DNA of 32,000 nucleotides from Xanthomonas campestris pv. campestris str. ATCC 33913 (lineage in GTDB: Bacteria; Pseudomonadota; Gammaproteobacteria; Xanthomonadales; Xanthomonadaceae). The translations under genes were made by a program, and so were the position numbers. The stretch spans positions 430,325 to 462,324 of the forward strand of contig NC_003902.1 in the NCBI RefSeq assembly GCF_000007145.1. The letters are read 5' to 3'. The notes beneath the pieces are model-generated. The model did not search any database. It was not told the origin of the DNA and saw nothing but the letters and a program-made list of their open reading frames with translations. Below, piece by piece: positions 18,968 through 26,461 of this stretch (the first letter of the stretch is position 1; every line of letters begins with the position of its first letter).

Positions 18968-19678
18968 TCAGAAATTGAAGCGGAAGGTGGTCATCAAGAC
19001 GTGGTTTTCGCGGTCGATCGTGCGGTTATTGACGAACTGATTCAAATACCCGACATCGACATTGGAGATTGCATTGAACTTCCAGTTGATGCCCACGAAC
19101 ACCCGGTTCTGATCGATGCCGCTGCGTGCGCCCCACTGGGTCTGATCCAGATTGACGAACAGCTCGTTGAATGCCACCCACGACAACTGCGGGCTCAGGC
19201 TGCTCGGACGCACGGCCCTGATCATCTGCCGCACCCGGTAGCCTTCATCGCTGAAGCCCTCGCGGTGGCGTTGCTCCAGACGCGTGCGGCTGGTGATGGT
19301 GATGTTGGCGATCGGATCGAACTGATACTGGAACTGCCCCCACCAGCGATTTTCGCGATTGGACGACTGCCCGGCCGGGTGGCTGATGATGGTGTCGTAG
19401 CCCATCCAGACACTGGCTTTGGGATTGAGCCGGTAGAACACGGCAGGGCGCAGGATCAATTGATCGAACTGCTCGCCTTCCTCGCGCCAGCGCGGGTGCA
19501 CGTCCATGCTCCAGTAAAGATTCTCGACCGGCAGCTTGCCTTGCGCATACACGCTCAGCCAGTAACGCCCGTCTTCTTCGGTCTGGGCCGCCGCCTGCGA
19601 GGTGCTGCCCAGCATCAGCAACAGGGCGGGACAGGCGATTCGGTAGGTTGCCGTCAGCAGCGCACGCAGTTTGTTCAT
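18968..19678 (-). CDS. putative outer-membrane beta-barrel protein (DUF2490-like)
   Basis: ORF 18968..19747. I prefer the start MNKLRALLTATYRIACPALLLMLGSTSQAAAQ, which gives a signal peptide. The rest has an alternating amphipathic beta-strand pattern rich in Y/W/N/F and a C-terminal ...TTFRFNF ending in Phe (OMP signature). The family assignment is from memory. Confidence 0.65.
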   Translation of the reverse strand: MNKLRALLTATYRIACPALLLMLGSTSQAAAQTEEDGRYWLSVYAQGKLPVENLYWSMDVHPRWREEGEQFDQLILRPAVFYRLNPKASVWMGYDTIISHPAGQSSNRENRWWGQFQYQFDPIANITITSRTRLEQRHREGFSDEGYRVRQMIRAVRPSSLSPQLSWVAFNELFVNLDQTQWGARSGIDQNRVFVGINWKFNAISNVDVGYLNQFVNNRTIDRENHVLMTTFRFNF

Positions 19679-20009
19679 GATCAGGAAGTCGTCAGTGGTG
19701 CCTGAGCATACCAACTCGGTCGCGACCGCCATCAAACTTCGCGGCATCCGCCGTGCGATACGGCCCGATCACTTCGCACCGGGCGACATGAGCTCGCTGC
19801 GTGACATCTGTTGGCAATCAGCGCCTGCGTATCGGTGCCCTCGATCTCTCCCGAACGATCGGCCGAGTCGAGCAGACACGTGAGGGTTCTGCGGGTAACC
19901 AACTGCACGGCAGCCAGAAACATCCGTCACTCACGCCAATGCAGACTTCAAGACCGGGGCGGCGCGTGTGACGTCACGCCGCCGCTGTCCTGCGCACCGA
20001 CCACTAGCG

Positions 20010-21914
20010 TCACGCCACCTGGCTGCGCCGCGCGCGTTCCAGGTGCACCAGCAGCAGCGAGATCGCGGCCGGGGTCATGCCCGGAATGCGCTGTGCCTGG
20101 CCGATACTTTGCGGGCGCACGCGTTCAAGTTTCTGCTGCACTTCCATCGACAGGCCACGCACGCCGGCGTAGTCGAAGCCTTCCGGGATCGGAGTCGTTT
20201 CGTGGCGCTGCTGGCGGGCGATTTCGTCGCGCTGACGATTCAGGTAACCGGCGTATTTGACGCCGATTTCCACTTGTTCGGCGACCTGCGCATCGTCCAC
20301 GCCCGGGCCCAGCGTCGGCACCCGCATCAGCGCGGCGTAGCTGAGTTCCGGGCGCTTGATCAGGTCCAGCACATTGGTCTCGCGGCTCATCGGCACGCCC
20401 AGGGTGTCGACCACCTCGCGGCCCAGGGCATTGCCCGGCGTGGCCCAGAGTGCCGACAGGCGCGCAGTTTCGCGCTGCACCGCCTCCTGCTTGCTGGAAA
20501 AGCGTGCCCAGCGCGCATCGTCGACCAGGCCCATGGCGCGGCCCACGCCGGTCAGCCGCAGATCGGCGTTGTCTTCGCGCAGCTGCAGCCGGTATTCGGC
20601 GCGGCTGGTGAACATGCGGTACGGCTCGGTGGTGCCGTGGGTGATCAGGTCGTCCACCAGTACGCCCAGGTAGGCTTCGTCGCGGCGCGGCGACCAGGCC
20701 GGCAGCGCCTGCGCCTGGCGTGCAGCGTTGAGCCCGGCCAACAGGCCCTGCGCGGCGGCTTCTTCGTAACCGGTGGTGCCGTTGATCTGCCCGGCGAAGA
20801 ACAGCCCGCCCACCGCCTTGGTTTCCAGCGAGGCTTTGAGCCCGCGCGGGTCGAAGAAGTCGTACTCGATCGCGTAGCCCGGGCGGGTGATATGCGCCTG
20901 CGCAAAACCGCGGATCGAGCGCACCAGCGCCAGTTGCACGTCGAACGGCAGCGAGGTGGAAATACCGTTGGGATAGATCTCGGTGACGTCCAGGCCTTCC
21001 GGTTCGACAAAGATCTGATGGCTGGTCTTGTCGGCGAAACGCACCACCTTGTCTTCGATCGACGGGCAGTAGCGCGGGCCAATGCCCTCGATCTGCCCCG
21101 AATACAGCGGCGAGCGGTGCAACGCGCCACGGATGATGTCGTGGGTCTGCTCGGTGGTATGGGTGATCCAGCAGCTGACCTGGGTCGGGTGGTCGCTGAC
21201 CTGGCCCATGAACGACATCACCGGCAGCGGGTCATCACCTGGCTGCTCATCCATCATCGTGTAGTCGAGGGTACGCCCATCAATACGCGGCGGAGTTCCG
21301 GTCTTGAGGCGATCGATGGCGAACGGGCGCTCGCGCAGACGCGCTGCCAGCGTGGTGGCCGGCGGGTCGCCCATGCGCCCGGCCGCGTATTGGGTCTCGC
21401 CGACATGGATCTTGCCGGCCAGGAAGGTGCCTGCGGTCAGGACCACGGCCGTGGCCTCGAAGCGCAGCCCGGTCTGGGTGATCACCCCACGCACGCTGTC
21501 GCCTTCGGCGGCACCGTTGTGGATGATCAGATCGTCCACTGCCGCCTGGAACACGGTCAGGTTGGGCTGCGCTTCGACGATGCGGCGGATGGCGCTGCGG
21601 TACAGGTTGCGGTCTGCCTGGCAGCGGGTGGCCCGCACCGCCGGCCCCTTGGAGGCATTGAGGGTGCGCCACTGGATGCCGGCCAGGTCCGCCGCCTTGG
21701 CCATCGCCCCGCCCAGTGCGTCGATCTCCTTGACCAGGTGCCCCTTGCCGATCCCACCGATGGCCGGGTTGCAGCTCATCGCGCCCACGGTCTCGATGTT
21801 GTGGGTCAGCAACAGCGTGCGTGCACCGGCGCGGGCAGCCGCCAGCGCCGCCTCGGTGCCGGCGTGGCCGCCACCAATCACGATGACGTCGTAGCGATAG
21901 AAGGAGTCGGACAT
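20010..21914 (-). CDS. mnmG: tRNA uridine 5-carboxymethylaminomethyl modification enzyme
   Basis: 634-aa [24 protein letters not shown]..., [23 protein letters not shown] and [13 protein letters not shown] are unmistakable GidA/MnmG sequence along the full length. Confidence 0.95.
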   Translation of the reverse strand: MSDSFYRYDVIVIGGGHAGTEAALAAARAGARTLLLTHNIETVGAMSCNPAIGGIGKGHLVKEIDALGGAMAKAADLAGIQWRTLNASKGPAVRATRCQADRNLYRSAIRRIVEAQPNLTVFQAAVDDLIIHNGAAEGDSVRGVITQTGLRFEATAVVLTAGTFLAGKIHVGETQYAAGRMGDPPATTLAARLRERPFAIDRLKTGTPPRIDGRTLDYTMMDEQPGDDPLPVMSFMGQVSDHPTQVSCWITHTTEQTHDIIRGALHRSPLYSGQIEGIGPRYCPSIEDKVVRFADKTSHQIFVEPEGLDVTEIYPNGISTSLPFDVQLALVRSIRGFAQAHITRPGYAIEYDFFDPRGLKASLETKAVGGLFFAGQINGTTGYEEAAAQGLLAGLNAARQAQALPAWSPRRDEAYLGVLVDDLITHGTTEPYRMFTSRAEYRLQLREDNADLRLTGVGRAMGLVDDARWARFSSKQEAVQRETARLSALWATPGNALGREVVDTLGVPMSRETNVLDLIKRPELSYAALMRVPTLGPGVDDAQVAEQVEIGVKYAGYLNRQRDEIARQQRHETTPIPEGFDYAGVRGLSMEVQQKLERVRPQSIGQAQRIPGMTPAAISLLLVHLERARRSQVA

Positions 21915-21998
21915 GGGCGTGGACCAGAAGCAGGAGGAAGACCAGCGGCCGCGAACGTAGCGGCTGAAGGGCGGTTTGCGGCATTAACACGTGAAATA

Positions 21999-22014
21999 TG
22001 TGACTAAAGTCACA
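21999..22014. promoter_or_regulatory. perfect CRP/Clp-type box TGTGA-N6-TCACA
   Basis: TGTGACTAAAGTCACA is embedded in the 18-bp palindrome ATGTGACTAAAGTCACAT (21998-22015), with AT-rich flanks (AATATGTGA...TCACATTAT). It lies 85-100 bp upstream of the mnmG ATG and just upstream of the candidate plus-strand sRNA. Confidence 0.55.
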
Positions 22015-22039
22015 TTATTGAACACTGGCACTCAAGTTG

Positions 22040-22185
22040 GCATGTTTCGTGCGGATATCCCCACTGCACCCGTCGTGGCATTGCGACATGGGCGCAAGGC
22101 TGGAATTGGAACAGGGGCCAGCCGCGCGTGCGATGGGGTAGCGTAAGGGCCGGTAGTCGGGGGACTGCCGGCCCTTAGTTTTATC
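22040..22185 (+). ncRNA. candidate small RNA (5' end not determined) ending at an orphan plus-strand intrinsic terminator
   Basis: There is no plus-strand gene upstream (mnmG is on the minus strand), yet a strong plus-strand terminator sits at 22145-22185. Upstream lie TTGAAC (22018-22023) and a sigma54-like TGGCAC-N5-TTGG (22026-22040). There is no convincing ORF or RBS inside. The 5' boundary is a guess. Confidence 0.25.
22145..22185 (+). terminator. rho-independent terminator, plus-strand oriented
   Basis: AAGGGCCGGTAGTC-GGGGG-GACTGCCGGCCCTT is followed by AGTTTTAT. The 14-bp stem has one position that is a G-U wobble on the plus-strand RNA but a C-A mismatch on the minus-strand RNA. The U-rich tail exists only on the plus strand. 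Confidence 0.6.
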
Positions 22186-22226
22186 TGCACGTCGCCAGCG
22201 CACACGCTCTGGCCTGCTTCGCAACG

Positions 22227-22272
22227 CTCCAATGCACAAAGCCCCGGCATGCCGGGGCTTTGTGCATTGGAG
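22227..22272. repeat. perfect 46-bp palindrome (23-bp arms, no spacer), probable bidirectional terminator or REP-like element
   Basis: CTCCAATGCACAAAGCCCCGGCA|TGCCGGGGCTTTGTGCATTGGAG was checked base by base. The inner core AAAGCCCCGGCATGCCGGGGCTTT has the A-tract/stem/T-tract look of a bidirectional terminator. It lies ~195 nt downstream of the lipoprotein gene stop. Confidence 0.55.
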
Positions 22273-22466
22273 GCGCCGATATCCGACAGGGCCGGAACAG
22301 GGGGGATCCAGATTTCCCTGTCGGACATCGACATAAGTCGGTCAGTGGAGTGGCCAGGTCAGAAAACGACGTGGCGGGTCACACAGTGCACCTAGCTTGC
22401 AGCCAAGTGCAGACTGAACGCAAGCCCCCAACATTGCCAAGTGTGGGCTGCGTCGCAGTCAGCCGA

Positions 22467-22937
22467 TCAGGGAATCTGCTGGCGCGTATTGCGTGGTGCG
22501 GTCTGCCGCTGGATCTCGCGGATCACCCGCGGCGGAGCGCCGATACGCGGCGGCTGCGCCGGACGCGGTGGCGCGCCGGTGGCTGGCGGCGGGTTGGGGC
22601 GCTGCGGGCGCGGACCGTTGGGCCGGCCATTCGGGCGCGGGCCATTCGGCCGGGGACCATAGTTGTTGTAGGGACGGTACTGCGGACGTCGATCGTACTC
22701 GCGGTAATAATAGCCGCCGCCGCCGCGATAGACCGGGTACACCGGATAGTCGTACAGACCGATCCCGCCGGCCCCGTAAGGGCTGCCATAGGAATACGGC
22801 GCATAGCCCGGCGGGTAGCGGTACTGCACCGCGGGCGCACCACGGTAATACCCACCCGACCCGGCGCCGGTGTAGTCGTACGTCGCGCAGCCGCTCAAGG
22901 CCAGCAGGCCGGCGGCAAGGATCAGACGGAATTTCAT
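22467..22937 (-). CDS. low-complexity Gly/Tyr/Pro/Arg-rich lipoprotein of unknown function
   Basis: 156-aa ORF with signal peptide and lipobox MKFRLILAAGLLALSGC. The mature part is Y/G/P-rich (YDYTGAGSGGYYRG..., GGGGYYYREYDRRPQYRPYNNY). It then carries the tandem GPRPNGPRPNGRPNGPRPQRPNPPP. G/C third-position bias is strong in this frame. Confidence 0.75.
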   Translation of the reverse strand: MKFRLILAAGLLALSGCATYDYTGAGSGGYYRGAPAVQYRYPPGYAPYSYGSPYGAGGIGLYDYPVYPVYRGGGGYYYREYDRRPQYRPYNNYGPRPNGPRPNGRPNGPRPQRPNPPPATGAPPRPAQPPRIGAPPRVIREIQRQTAPRNTRQQIP

Positions 22938-23094
22938 GGATGGTGCCCTCCTGCAACCATGGTGTCACTGTCGAACCGCGGCATTGAATCGGTCCTTAAC
23001 TGTGCGGTGATGGCGCGTATGTTCATTGAACGAGCATGCGCGGGACGCCGACCCTCGACCGTGAAGAGTGAGGCGATACGTTAATCTTGGGAGC

Positions 23095-24054
23095 ATGATC
23101 GAAACGCTTCTTCCTGCCTATTCCGACGTCCTGCAGGCGGCTGCACGCATTGCCCCGCACACCGCACCGACCCCGTTGCTGCGCTCGCACACGCTGGACA
23201 CGCTCAGCGGTGCGCAGCTGATGTTCAAGGCCGAGCACCTGCAGCGCAGCGGTGCGTTCAAATTCCGCGGCGCCTGCAATGCGGTCTGGGCGTTGCCGGC
23301 CGAGACCGCCGCACATGGCGTGGTGACGCACTCTTCCGGCAACCATGGCGCGGCGCTGGCACTGGCCGCGCGCACCCGCGGCATCGGCTGCCATGTGGTG
23401 GTGCCCGAAGGCGCGGTGGCTGCCAAGCTGGCCAATATTTCCCGGCATGGCGCCACCTTGTGGCGCTGCGCGCCGACCATCGCTGCGCGCGAGCAGCTAT
23501 GCGCCGAGGTCCAGGCCAGCAGCGGTGCGACCCTGGTTCACCCGTATACCGATCCGGCGGTGATTGCCGGCCAGGGCACCGCAACGCTGGAGCTGTTGCA
23601 CGACAGCGGCGGCCTGGATGTGCTGGTGGCGCCCGTGGGCGGCGGCGGGCTGGCGGCCGGGGCGGCCCTGGCGCTGCAGGCTTCGCCCGGTTGCGCGCTG
23701 GTGCTGGCCGAGCCGGCGGGTGCAGCCGACACCGCGCGGTCGCTGGCGGCAGGGCAGCGGCTGGTGGACTTCGTTCCCGACACCGTGTGCGACGGGCTGC
23801 GCGGCACCCTGGGGGCGCCCAACTTCGCGCTGCTGCAGGCCGCCGGAGCGCAGGTCATCACCGTTGACGATGCCGCCGTGGTGCAGGCCATGCGCCTGCT
23901 CTGGCAGGTCTTGAAACAGGTGGTGGAACCGTCGTCGGCCATCGCGCTGGCGGCCGTGCTGGCCGACCCGGCGCGCTTTGCCGGGAAGCGGGTGGGCGTC
24001 ATCTTGTCTGGCGGCAACGTCGACCTGGACGCCTTGCCGTGGGCCGCCGCGTGA
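23095..24054 (+). CDS. PLP-dependent serine/threonine dehydratase family enzyme (fold type II; dehydratase, racemase or hydroxyaspartate ammonia-lyase-like)
   Basis: ORF 23068..24054. I prefer the start MIETLLPAY after GGGAG. The PLP-Lys motif is present (HLQRSGAFKFRGACNA), followed by HSSGNHGAALALAA and the glycine loop PVGGGGLAAG. Confidence 0.82.
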   Translation: MIETLLPAYSDVLQAAARIAPHTAPTPLLRSHTLDTLSGAQLMFKAEHLQRSGAFKFRGACNAVWALPAETAAHGVVTHSSGNHGAALALAARTRGIGCHVVVPEGAVAAKLANISRHGATLWRCAPTIAAREQLCAEVQASSGATLVHPYTDPAVIAGQGTATLELLHDSGGLDVLVAPVGGGGLAAGAALALQASPGCALVLAEPAGAADTARSLAAGQRLVDFVPDTVCDGLRGTLGAPNFALLQAAGAQVITVDDAAVVQAMRLLWQVLKQVVEPSSAIALAAVLADPARFAGKRVGVILSGGNVDLDALPWAAA

Positions 24055-24656
24055 GCAGGCCTTCGCGCGGGCTCGGCCTGTGGGGTTGGGGGTGGCGGCT
24101 GTGCATGCTGGCGCTGATCTGGCTGGTGGGCGTGGCCGGCTGGATCGTCTGGGTGGGCGACCGCGACCAGGCCGCACCGGCTGACGTGATCATCGTGCTG
24201 GGCGCGGCGGCCTACGACGCGCGCCCCTCTCCCGTGTTCGAAGAGCGCATCCGGCACGCGCTGGACCTGTATGCACGCGGCTACGCGCCGCATCTGCTGT
24301 TCACCGGCGGCTTCGGCAACGGGGCGCGTTTTGCCGAATCCCAGGTGGCGCGGCGCTACGCGCTGCGGCACGGCGTGCCGTCGGAAGCCATCGTGATCGA
24401 GACCAGCTCGCGTACCACCCGGCAGAACCTGCTGCAGGCGCGCGCGCTGATGGAGCGGCATGGCATGCACCGGGCGATCATCGTCAGCGACCCGCTGCAC
24501 ATGGCGCGCGCGCTGCGGCTGTGCCAGGAGCTGGGCGTGGATGCGCTGGCGTCGTCCACCCCGAGCACGCGCTTCCGCAGCTTCCACACCAGCTGGCGCT
24601 TCCTGTTGCAGGAGGTCTATTACTTCCACCGCGATCTGGTGGTGCAGGGCGCCTGA
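24039..24656 (+). CDS. DUF218 (YdcF/ElyC/SanA-like) membrane-anchored protein
   Basis: 205-aa ORF with an N-terminal TM segment (WRLCMLALIWLVGVAGWIVWV) followed by a DUF218-type core (DVIIVLGAA...R...A..LY..G.AP.LLFTGG...ESQV...A...GVP...I..E..SRTT.QN...IIVSDPLHM.RA). The start overlaps the upstream gene by 16 nt, so the exact start is uncertain. Confidence 0.75.
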   Translation: MGRRVSRPSRGLGLWGWGWRLCMLALIWLVGVAGWIVWVGDRDQAAPADVIIVLGAAAYDARPSPVFEERIRHALDLYARGYAPHLLFTGGFGNGARFAESQVARRYALRHGVPSEAIVIETSSRTTRQNLLQARALMERHGMHRAIIVSDPLHMARALRLCQELGVDALASSTPSTRFRSFHTSWRFLLQEVYYFHRDLVVQGA

Positions 24657-24699
24657 TGCCGGGCCTATGATGGCGGCTTTCCCAGCGGCAGGTTCGAGC

Positions 24700-25119
24700 A
24701 TGAGCGAGAGCAATCGGCAACGCGCCACCGGCCTGGTCCAGGCCTACTACGAGGCATTCAACCGCGGCGATTGGGACGCCATGCTGGCGTTCCTGGCCGA
24801 GGACGTCGCCCACGACCTCAACCAGGGTCCACGCGAGATCGGCCGGGCGGCCTTCGCCAGCTTCCTGCAGCGCATGAATGACAGCTACCGCGAGCAGCTG
24901 CGCGACATCGTGGTGACTGCCAATGACGAAGGCACGCGCGTCGGCGCCGAGTACGTGGTGCATGGCGTCTACCACACCACCGACGAAGGCCTGCCGGACG
25001 CGAACGGGCAGACCTATGTGCTGCCCGGCGGCGCGTTCTTCGATGTGCGCGATGGGCAGATCACGCGGGTGACCAATTACTACAACCTGCAGGAATGGAT
25101 TGCGCAGGTGTCGCGCTGA
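24700..25119 (+). CDS. SnoaL-like / NTF2-fold (ketosteroid isomerase-related) protein
   Basis: This is the C-terminal part of track ORF 24460..25119. I prefer the start MSESNRQRATGLVQAYYEAFNRGDWDAMLAFLAEDV (an alternative ATG is at 24667). The YYEAFNRGDWD...L..DV N-terminus and ~140-aa size are typical of the SnoaL family. Confidence 0.72.
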   Translation: MSESNRQRATGLVQAYYEAFNRGDWDAMLAFLAEDVAHDLNQGPREIGRAAFASFLQRMNDSYREQLRDIVVTANDEGTRVGAEYVVHGVYHTTDEGLPDANGQTYVLPGGAFFDVRDGQITRVTNYYNLQEWIAQVSR

Positions 25120-25164
25120 CGCCAGGGCTGTTGCGGTGCAGGTTGGCTAAATCTGCACTGGACT

Positions 25165-25234
25165 GCGTAGGAGCGCGCTCGCGCGCAATGAAGCGTTATC
25201 GATAACGCCACATCGCGCGCGAGCGCGCTCCTAC
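25165..25234. repeat. REP-like nested palindrome between convergent genes
   Basis: CGTAGGAGCGCGCTCGCGCGC (25165-25185) and GCGCGCGAGCGCGCTCCTACG (25214-25234) are exact 21-bp inverted arms. The 28-nt loop itself contains the perfect 16-bp palindrome GCGTTATCGATAACGC. GTAGGAGCGCGC-type arms resemble the REP elements common in Xanthomonadaceae (from memory). Confidence 0.65.
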
Positions 25235-25280
25235 GTGGTTGGTCGGGCATTGCAGTAGCTGACGGGCGTGGTGGTTTGCG

Positions 25281-26186
25281 TTACAGCAGCACGATGCCCA
25301 CGACCACCAGCACGAAGATGCCCCACTTGAGCGTCTGGTAGAGCGGGTTGTTGCGCTCCTTCAGCGCCTTGGCCTTGAGCCGGGCGGCGTAGAAATACCG
25401 GAACACCCGGTTGATGCCGCCGGTCTTGTCGCCTTCCTGGTTCGGCGAGGCGCCGGCCGAGAGCAGGCTGCGGCCGACGAAGCGGTTCACCGCCGCCGCC
25501 CAGCGCCAGCGCATCGGGCGCTCGATATCGCAGAACAGGATGATGCGGTCCTGGTCGGTGTCGTTGCGCGCGTGGTGGATGTAGGTCTCGTCGAACATGG
25601 TCCACTCGCCGTCGCGCCAGCTGTGGCGCTGGCCGTCGACGTCGATGAAGCAGCGGTCGTCATTGGGCGTGGCCAGGCCCAGGTGCAGCCGCATGGAGCC
25701 GGCGAACGGGTCGCGGTGCGGACGCAGTTCGCTGCCCGGCGGCAGCTCGGCGAACATCGCCGCCTTGACCGTGGGAATGGAGCGCAGCAGCGCGGTGGTC
25801 TGCGGGCACAGCTCGGCCGCCGACGGGTGCGCGGTGCCGTACCACTTCAGGTAGAAGCGCTTCCAGCCGCGGCGGAAGAACGAATTGAAGCCGATGTCGG
25901 TGTAGCCGTCGGCAGCACGGATCTTCTGCATCTGCTGCAGCGCCACTGCCTCGTCGCGAATCAGCGTCCAGTTCGCGCGCAACGGGGCCAGCTCCGGAAA
26001 TTCCTTGCCCGGATCGATGAACGGCGTGGTCGGCACCCGCGAACACAGATACATCAGCGTGTTGATCGGGGCCATGAAGGTGGAATGGTCCAGCAGCTGC
26101 CGGCTGAGCCGGTGGCGCACGCGACCGCGGTAATGGATGTACAGCGCTGAGGCAATGAACAGCGCGATGATGAGCCACTTCAACAT
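25281..26186 (-). CDS. lpxO: aspartyl/asparaginyl beta-hydroxylase family dioxygenase, lipid A 2-hydroxylase-like
   Basis: 301-aa ORF with N- and C-terminal TM helices (MLKWLIIALFIASALYI..., ...LKWGIFVLVVVGIVLL). It has an Fe(II)/2-OG core (LRPHRDPFAGSMRLHLGL...WRDGEWTMFDETYIHHARN). Size and topology match Salmonella LpxO. Confidence 0.75.
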   Translation of the reverse strand: MLKWLIIALFIASALYIHYRGRVRHRLSRQLLDHSTFMAPINTLMYLCSRVPTTPFIDPGKEFPELAPLRANWTLIRDEAVALQQMQKIRAADGYTDIGFNSFFRRGWKRFYLKWYGTAHPSAAELCPQTTALLRSIPTVKAAMFAELPPGSELRPHRDPFAGSMRLHLGLATPNDDRCFIDVDGQRHSWRDGEWTMFDETYIHHARNDTDQDRIILFCDIERPMRWRWAAAVNRFVGRSLLSAGASPNQEGDKTGGINRVFRYFYAARLKAKALKERNNPLYQTLKWGIFVLVVVGIVLL

Positions 26187-26461
26187 TGGGGAGGCCGGTT
26201 GGGGGCGGGGGCCGTTAACTGGTGAATTCTACCGGTTGCAAGCGCCGAGCCTGCCTGATCGGGATGGGCCCGGCGGTAATACTGTGTCCTACCGATGACC
26301 GGCGACATGCGCCGGCAGGGTGTGCGCCGCTTGCGTGCGGTTGGCGCACCGTGGCGCGGGCGCCGGGGTGCTGTCGGAGGCAACGGGGACCGAAGCAGGC
26401 GACTGGTGCATGCCGCGGCCGCGCCTGCCTGGCGGCTGCGCGCGCGCAGTGATCGCCACGC

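Noticed and set aside
19732-19923. 63-aa minus-strand ORF in the spacer between mnmG and the DUF2490-like gene (MFLAAVQLVTRRTLTCLLDSADRSGEIEG...)
   Set aside because: Third-position bias is moderate only in the first half. There is no convincing RBS and no recognisable family. It might be a small protein, but I cannot support it from the sequence alone.
19958-19984. Imperfect hairpin GGCGGCGCGTGTGACGTCACGCCGCC just after the mnmG stop, containing the palindrome TGACGTCA
   Set aside because: It is plausible as the mnmG terminator stem. However, the arms need two bulges and no U-tract follows on the minus strand, so it is too weak to list as a feature.
19968-22007. 679-aa plus-strand ORF, the longest in the window
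   Set aside because: It is exactly antisense to mnmG, whose minus-strand translation is unmistakable over its full length. The plus-strand product is Arg/Ala/Gly/His-rich with no recognisable motifs. This is a typical high-GC shadow ORF.
22026-22042. Sigma54-like promoter TGGCAC-N5-TTGGCA
   Set aside because: The spacing is right, but the critical -12 element reads GG instead of GC. There is no enhancer-binding-protein gene or obvious UAS nearby. It is kept only as a weak note under the sRNA finding, not as a feature.
22260-23084. 274-aa plus-strand ORF
   Set aside because: It is antisense to the lipoprotein gene. The minus-strand frame has a canonical signal peptide and lipobox plus stronger third-position bias.
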